Below, piece by piece: positions 58,346 through 64,000 of a stretch of 64,000 bases of DNA; position 1 is the first letter of the stretch, and each line of letters starts with the position of its first letter. The translations under genes and the position numbers were made by a program. The notes under the pieces are model-generated. The model was given only the letters and a program-made list of their open reading frames with translations, searched no databases and was not told the DNA's origin. The DNA is from Hyphomicrobiales bacterium (GTDB taxonomy: Bacteria; Pseudomonadota; Alphaproteobacteria; Rhizobiales; NORP267), in contig JAJFGZ010000037.1 of assembly GCA_021775855.1 (NCBI GenBank), positions 77,006 through 141,005 on the forward strand. Direction: 5' to 3'.

Positions 58346-58735
58346 ATGAAGATTGCTAGACGACGCCTTTTCACTTTACTTGCCGGTTTAGGCGGTGTCA
58401 TTGCGACTTCCCCGGCCCTTGCGATAGGTATACCAACGGACTTCGAACGGGCCGTGACCTTGATTTGGCGCAATGTTTACCGTCTCTCACAAGGTGGCAA
58501 TGATGGCGAGACCGAAAATCTCGACGACCTTCTAATGTGCTGCAAACAGATTGCCAATCCGGGAACGCCAGTTCCGGGCCTGCAAAATATTACGTTGCAT
58601 AGTTATGATCGCGTCCTTCGCTCAAGCGCCGATCTGTCCGCGATGGGATTTGACGACAGGGTAATTCAAAAGGCATACGCGCATGTTGCTGCCCTAGGAT
58701 CACGCCCAGGTGAATTTTCGACCTGGCGGTACTAA
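58346..58735 (+). CDS. Hypothetical small protein with a twin-arginine (Tat) signal
   Basis: MKIARRRLFTLLAGLGGVIATSPALA fits the Tat motif. SD GGAAGGAGA. No family recognised. Confidence 0.55.
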   Translation: MKIARRRLFTLLAGLGGVIATSPALAIGIPTDFERAVTLIWRNVYRLSQGGNDGETENLDDLLMCCKQIANPGTPVPGLQNITLHSYDRVLRSSADLSAMGFDDRVIQKAYAHVAALGSRPGEFSTWRY

Positions 58736-58849
58736 AATCATTTGCGAGTCCGCGCCTTGCGCTGCACACAGGTGCGCCGACTACATTCAAGCTGATCGCC
58801 CGGCAACAGCGCCCGCGACAAGTCCCGCTTTGTCAGCTATAGCAGCTCC

Positions 58850-60001
58850 ATGGAACCCATTGCCGATACAGAATCGCTACAGGCAGCGATCAACAAGCTT
58901 TCAACGAGCAAATACGTCACCGTGGACACCGAATTCCAGCGGGAATCTACCTTCTGGTCGATCCTTTGCCTGATCCAGATTGCCTCGCCTGACGAGTGCT
59001 TTTTGATCGATGCGCTTGCCGACGGGCTGGACCTGCAACCGTTTTACGACCTGATGGCCGACGAGCGCATTGTGAAGGTTTTCCATGCATCGCGCCAGGA
59101 TATCGAAATCATCCACCATCAGGCAGGCATTATCCCGGCCCCGTTATTCGATTCCCAAGTGGCGGCGATGGTCCTGGGGTACGGGGATTCAATCAGCTAC
59201 GATGCTTTGGTACGAAAGACCGTCGGCGCCGAAATCGACAAGGCCCACAGGTTTACTGACTGGACCCGCCGTCCCCTGAGCGATGCCCAGTTGAATTATG
59301 CAATCGGGGATGTCACCCATCTGCGCGGCGTCTACGAGCGGCTTTCGCGGGAATTGGCGGAGGCCGATCGGGCCCATTGGGTCGACGAGGAAATGGCGAT
59401 TCTCATCGATCCCGCGACTTATGAGGCGCACCCCGAAGACGCCTGGAAACGGCTCAAGTTTCGGGTTAAAAAACCGGGACAAATCGCTGTATTGATGGAG
59501 GTTGCAGCGTGGCGAGAAGCAGAAGCTCAGCGACGCGACATGCCCCGTCGGCGGGTCCTGAAAGACGAAGCCATCTATGAAATTGCAGCGCAAATGCCGC
59601 GAACGCCGGAAGCGCTAGAGAAATTACGATCTATCGGGCGAGGTTTGGCGCGGGGTGGACAGGGGAAATCTCTGCTTGGCGCTGTCGCCACAGGTCTTGC
59701 ACGCGATCCCGATACCGTGCCACGCCCTCCAAAACCGCCTCGCCCGGTCGAAGGCGTATCGGCAACCACCGATCTCCTGAAAGTATTGTGCAAAAAAATC
59801 GCTGAAGACAACAGCGTTGCCCAGAGGGTGATCGCCAATGTGGACGATCTCGAAAAAATCGCGTTTGACAATGATGCCGATGTGCCGGCCTTGCGCGGGT
59901 GGCGGCGGGAATTGTTTGGCGACATCGCCCTTGAGCTCAAAAGCGGTAAAATCGGACTTGCGGTAAAAAATGGCAAAGTTTCAATTGTCGAAGCAGATTA
60001 G
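58850..60001 (+). CDS. rnd: Ribonuclease D
   Basis: 383 aa with DEDD exonuclease motifs (VTVDTEF…, …VKVFHASRQDIE…, …YAIGDVTHL) plus an HRDC region. Confidence 0.92.
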   Translation: MEPIADTESLQAAINKLSTSKYVTVDTEFQRESTFWSILCLIQIASPDECFLIDALADGLDLQPFYDLMADERIVKVFHASRQDIEIIHHQAGIIPAPLFDSQVAAMVLGYGDSISYDALVRKTVGAEIDKAHRFTDWTRRPLSDAQLNYAIGDVTHLRGVYERLSRELAEADRAHWVDEEMAILIDPATYEAHPEDAWKRLKFRVKKPGQIAVLMEVAAWREAEAQRRDMPRRRVLKDEAIYEIAAQMPRTPEALEKLRSIGRGLARGGQGKSLLGAVATGLARDPDTVPRPPKPPRPVEGVSATTDLLKVLCKKIAEDNSVAQRVIANVDDLEKIAFDNDADVPALRGWRRELFGDIALELKSGKIGLAVKNGKVSIVEAD

Positions 60002-61506
60002 ACGAACCTGATCTCGGCCTCCCGCCCGAGGATTTTGCCCAGGGTATTGAGACGGTTCTTCAGGCGTTCCCCTTCAAGAGAAGCGTAACTGCCCGGCAAT
60101 TCCAGGATCAGGCGGCTTCGCCTGCAATAGATCGGCGTGTTATTGATAATCCCCGGTGCGGACGCAGATATAATGTAGGCGACCCGGAGAGCCGCGCCGA
60201 CAAAGCGCGCACGTTGGAGTTGGCGTACGCTTGCCAATTCGCGCACCCGCGGGCTCATTTCTTCGTCGATAAGGCCCACATGCCGGTAGAACACGGAGAG
60301 AGCCAGAAACGCCCGTCCCGGATGGTCGAGCCCCACAAACGCGGCGTTGGCGATGATACTCAGGCTTTGTTCGCCGCGATAATTTGGGTGCGCACGCCAG
60401 CCGATATCGGCGAGATAGCAGGCCGCGTGGCGAAGCCTGCGTTCACTCGCTGTTTCTTCAAACAACTTTGCGGCGAATAGCCTGTCCGTCCAGTTACACA
60501 ATTCGGTTGCGTGGCGCGGATCGCGCGACCGAAGTACGGCAAGTTCCTCACAAGCTTCGATCAGCGGGTCCCGTTTCTGGTCGCGCTTGTCGAGCAAGCT
60601 GTACAGCAACCCTTCGCGTATGCCCAATGCCGAGAGAAGCACTTCGCGCGGCTTGCCGACCTTGATGATTTCTTCCAGCACCGATGCACCGTATCCGAGC
60701 AAGGGCCTCCGGGCGCGCGACACCCAGTCGATGCCGGGCAGGGCAGCGGGGTCGGACTTCCTCACCAGTTGAGCAAATTCAAGGGCCTCGCGGGCATCGA
60801 TCCTGTAATGCTGCATCACATGAAGGGGGTAACCTTTCTGGGCTATGTGCAGGCTTGCGATCGCGCGGAACGTGCCGCCGATGGCATAGAATGGGCGGTC
60901 GCGCATTTCCTTGACGCGGGGATTTTCCCGGATCGTCTTGCGCACCATCCGGTAGGCCGCCGGGACCGTGCCGGATAGGTCTGCAAGCCGCAAGACACCA
61001 AGCGGAAAACTGTCGGCGTGGTCAACTTTGCGACCCCGGATACGCACCAGCTCCAGACTGCCGCCGCCGAGATCACCGGCGACACCATCAGGTTTTTCGA
61101 ACCCCGAGACAATCCCGAGCGCCGTCAGCCGTGCTTCGCTACGGCCCCCAAGAACCTTGATCCGGACCCCTAGTATATCTTCCGCCCGGGCAACAAAATC
61201 CTTGCCGTTCCTGGCTTCGCGCACTGCAGCGGTCGCCATGACATGGATCGCGCCGGCTTTGAGTTGATCGGATAGCGCCCGGAAACGGGTGAGCGCATTG
61301 AGCGCTCGCCTCACCGCCTCATCGTCCAATTGCCCGGTTGACGCCACCGCACGGCCAAGGCCTGCCAGAACTTTTTCATTGAATACGGGCGTCGGGCTTC
61401 GGCGCAGGCCTTCGTAGACCACAAGACGCACCGAGTTTGATCCGATATCAATGATCGACACGGGATCGAGATTTCTGATCCGGCCCTGGGGATGGTTGTG
61501 AGGCAA
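59998..61506 (-). CDS. ppx: Exopolyphosphatase (Ppx/GppA family)
   Basis: 502 aa with an ASKHA fold; N-terminus IIDIGSNSVRLVVYE and …DLGGGSLEL…. Confidence 0.92.
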   Translation of the reverse strand: MPHNHPQGRIRNLDPVSIIDIGSNSVRLVVYEGLRRSPTPVFNEKVLAGLGRAVASTGQLDDEAVRRALNALTRFRALSDQLKAGAIHVMATAAVREARNGKDFVARAEDILGVRIKVLGGRSEARLTALGIVSGFEKPDGVAGDLGGGSLELVRIRGRKVDHADSFPLGVLRLADLSGTVPAAYRMVRKTIRENPRVKEMRDRPFYAIGGTFRAIASLHIAQKGYPLHVMQHYRIDAREALEFAQLVRKSDPAALPGIDWVSRARRPLLGYGASVLEEIIKVGKPREVLLSALGIREGLLYSLLDKRDQKRDPLIEACEELAVLRSRDPRHATELCNWTDRLFAAKLFEETASERRLRHAACYLADIGWRAHPNYRGEQSLSIIANAAFVGLDHPGRAFLALSVFYRHVGLIDEEMSPRVRELASVRQLQRARFVGAALRVAYIISASAPGIINNTPIYCRRSRLILELPGSYASLEGERLKNRLNTLGKILGREAEIRFV

Positions 61507-61529
61507 AGGATTTCCGATTCAGTTGACGA

Positions 61530-63800
61530 TCAGGTCCTGTTGGACCTGGACGCAAAGGATGGTGGAAAATGTTCGGCCAAAGATTTTCCGCGCCCTGAAA
61601 GGCTCGGATTATTCATAAAATAATGGTGGGCATTGAATGATTCCGCATCTTCCTCGGGCACAATTCGTTCCGACGACCCATCACCAAGGACTTGCCAGCT
61701 TTGCTGATTGTCCTTCAAATTTGCGACCATGATCTGGTCAAGGATCTGCTCGTGTACCGTCGGGTTATTGATCGGCATCATGACCTCCACACGCCGGTCG
61801 AGGTTGCGCGGCATCCAGTCGGCAGAGCCTATATAAACCCTGGCGTCGCGCGAAGGCATTTCGTGACCATTGCCAAAACAATAGATCCGCGCATGCTCCA
61901 GGAAACGCCCGACAATACTCTTGACCCGGATATTTTCCGACAGGCCGAGAACCCCCGGGCGCAGGCAACAAATCCCGCGCACCACGAGATCGATTTTGAC
62001 CCCTGACGCGCTCGCCACATACAATTGGTCGATAATATCGGGATCAACAAGGGAATTCATTTTCGCCCAGATTGCAGCCGGGCGACCTGCATTCGCATGG
62101 ACAATTTCGGCATGGATATGTTTCTCCAACCGGCTTCGAAGCGTTAGCGGCGAGATCGCCAGGGCTTCCAGTTCCGGTGGCTCGGAATAGCCGGTGATCA
62201 GGTTGAAAATGCGCGCAATATCGCGGCCAATGACCGGATCTGCGGTGAAAAACGAAAGGTCGGCATATACCCGCGCGGTCACGGGATGATAATTGCCCGT
62301 CCCGATATGCGCATAAGTGACAAGTTTGCCCCTTTCCCGGCGCACGATTTGCGATAACTTTGCGTGGGTTTTCAATTCGATAAAGCCGTAGACAACCTGT
62401 ACGCCTGCCCGCTCCAGATCCCGCGCCCATTTGATATTTGCGGCCTCATCAAAGCGGGCCTTCAGTTCGACAACGGCGGTTACTGATTTTCCGGCTTCGG
62501 CCGCCTCGATCAGGGCTTCTACGATCGGAGATTGATTGGACGTCCGATACAGGGTCTGTTTGATTGCTACAACGTCCGGGTCGCGCGAAGCCTGGCGTAA
62601 ATACTGAAGTACAACGTCAAACGATTCGTACGGGTGATGGACGACCAGGTCCTTTTCCCCGATCGCCGAGAAACAATCCCCGCCATGGTCCCTGATGCGG
62701 TCCGGGAACCGCGCATTGTATGGCCGGAATTTAAGTTTCGGACGATCAACTTTGACCAGTTGTTGCAAGTCACCCAATCCGACAAGGCCGTCAATAAACA
62801 CAATATCGCTGGCATTGATGCCGAGCGACGTGACCACCATGTTGCGCAGCTTCTCGGGCATACTTTTTTCGATCTCGAGTCGGATGACCAAACCTCGACG
62901 TCGGCGCTTGAGGGCCGACTCAAAAACCCGCACAAGGTCTTCGGCCTCTTCCTCGATCTCAATATCGCTATCGCGTATCAGCCGAAAGACGCCCTGCCCG
63001 TGCACCTGGTATCCGGGGAACAATTGTTCGATGAAGATACCGACTACGTTTTCCAGACTGATAAACCTGTCCGGGCCGGATGAAGCTCCGGCGGCCGGCG
63101 CCAACTGGACAAACCGTTCCATGGCCAACGGCACGCGCAGCAGGGCCGTCATCGCCCGACCGTCGGAAACGCCCATCAACTGAAACGCGATGGTGAAACC
63201 AAGGTTCGGAATGAAAGGGAAAGGGTGTGCAGGGTCGACGGCGAGTGGTGTGAGAACCGGGAAAATCTGATCCAGAAAATGGCCCTCGAGCCAGTCTTTT
63301 TCGGATTTGGATACGTCGTCAGGCCCGACAATCACCACCCCGACGTTGGCCAATTCGTTGCGTAGGGACGTCCATGAACGCTGCTGGGCATGGGTCAATT
63401 CGCTGGCGGTCTCGATGACGCATTTCAACTGGCTTGCGGGGTTCAAGCCGTCCTGGCTTAGCGTATCGGCTCCAGCACGGATCATGCCGCGCAGGCCCGC
63501 CACACGGACCATGAAAAATTCGTCCAGGTTTGTCCCCGAAATCGACAGGAATTTCAAACGCTCGAGGATTGGATGTTTCTGGTTCTCGGATTCTTCCAGG
63601 ACCCGGTGGTTAAATTCAAGCCAGGAGATCTCGCGATTGATGTACCTTTCGGGACCAAAATCCTCGGGAGAAAAATCGCGCACGACTTCGCGGATATCCT
63701 GCCCGGCCGTCGACAAATCCTTTGCCTCACCATCCTGTCGGACAGAAATGTCCGACGCCAGTGGCTCCAGTGTTTTCTTGGCACTACCTGCTTTTCCCAT
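61530..63800 (-). CDS. ppk: Polyphosphate kinase 1
   Basis: …[20 protein letters not shown]…, with PLD-like HKD motifs (KTHAKL…). ATG 63800 has AGGAGG upstream; the track ORF starts at GTG 63851. Confidence 0.93.
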   Translation of the reverse strand: MGKAGSAKKTLEPLASDISVRQDGEAKDLSTAGQDIREVVRDFSPEDFGPERYINREISWLEFNHRVLEESENQKHPILERLKFLSISGTNLDEFFMVRVAGLRGMIRAGADTLSQDGLNPASQLKCVIETASELTHAQQRSWTSLRNELANVGVVIVGPDDVSKSEKDWLEGHFLDQIFPVLTPLAVDPAHPFPFIPNLGFTIAFQLMGVSDGRAMTALLRVPLAMERFVQLAPAAGASSGPDRFISLENVVGIFIEQLFPGYQVHGQGVFRLIRDSDIEIEEEAEDLVRVFESALKRRRRGLVIRLEIEKSMPEKLRNMVVTSLGINASDIVFIDGLVGLGDLQQLVKVDRPKLKFRPYNARFPDRIRDHGGDCFSAIGEKDLVVHHPYESFDVVLQYLRQASRDPDVVAIKQTLYRTSNQSPIVEALIEAAEAGKSVTAVVELKARFDEAANIKWARDLERAGVQVVYGFIELKTHAKLSQIVRRERGKLVTYAHIGTGNYHPVTARVYADLSFFTADPVIGRDIARIFNLITGYSEPPELEALAISPLTLRSRLEKHIHAEIVHANAGRPAAIWAKMNSLVDPDIIDQLYVASASGVKIDLVVRGICCLRPGVLGLSENIRVKSIVGRFLEHARIYCFGNGHEMPSRDARVYIGSADWMPRNLDRRVEVMMPINNPTVHEQILDQIMVANLKDNQQSWQVLGDGSSERIVPEEDAESFNAHHYFMNNPSLSGRGKSLAEHFPPSFASRSNRT

Positions 63801-63901
63801 TGCGTATTCGGCCTCCTGGTCGGTCTTTGCTCGCCGGATCGAGACCAACACAGCATTCTAACCCAAAAATGACAGTTTTTGTGCGCTTTCCCGTAAAAGG
63901 G

Positions 63902-64000
63902 TTACTCGGGCAGTTCGAGTTTTTCCAGGCAGTCCCGGGCGATCGCCTTTGTCACCGCTCTCCCGCGCGCAAGCGCTGCAGCATCAAGGTCGATCACAAG
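63902..64000 (-). CDS. C-terminal fragment of an upstream gene, possibly the DnaA-inactivator Hda-like protein
   Basis: My translation is LVIDLDAAALARGRAVTKAIARDCLEKLELPE-stop. The C-terminal pattern and the position next to ppk are reminiscent of alphaproteobacterial HdaA. Only 32 codons are visible. Confidence 0.35.
   Translation of the reverse strand, partial: LVIDLDAAALARGRAVTKAIARDCLEKLELPE

Overview
This is a densely coded chromosomal segment of about 55 CDS. Its gene content and synteny look alphaproteobacterial: a suf operon led by a nifS-like gene, prfB-mrcA-amiC-rne, aroQ-accB-accC-aat-DUF2155-NDUFA12, and hda-like-ppk-ppx-rnd.

Most of the window is housekeeping:
- Fe-S assembly
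- tyrS and aspS
- RF2 with its programmed +1 frameshift
- PBP1A and an amidase
- RNase E
- class II ribonucleotide reductase
- acetyl-CoA carboxylase
- polyphosphate metabolism

The one clear accessory block is about 36.9-53.7 kb. It is an aerobic benzoyl-CoA (box) catabolic island containing boxCBA plus a thioesterase, a BzdR/BoxR-type regulator, benzoate-CoA ligase, an alpha/beta hydrolase and a Liv-type ABC importer. The importer has two unusual features: its LivM-type permease is fused to an RDD domain, and its substrate-binding gene is tandemly duplicated.

I saw no tRNA, rRNA, CRISPR array, transposase, integrase or recognisable defence system.

The observations most worth a second look:
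1. A 61-aa protein with four cysteine pairs, sitting behind a sigma-54-like -24/-12 element and a long upstream dyad (13.5-13.9 kb).
2. The LivM-RDD fusion permease.
3. About 640 nt of ORF-free, inverted-repeat-rich leader with a perfect 12-bp palindrome upstream of the box transporter operon.
4. An ABM-fold gene translationally coupled between sufB and sufC.
5. Long untranslated leaders before rne and nrdJ.

All functional calls rest on motif and family recognition by eye from the translations. No database search was run.
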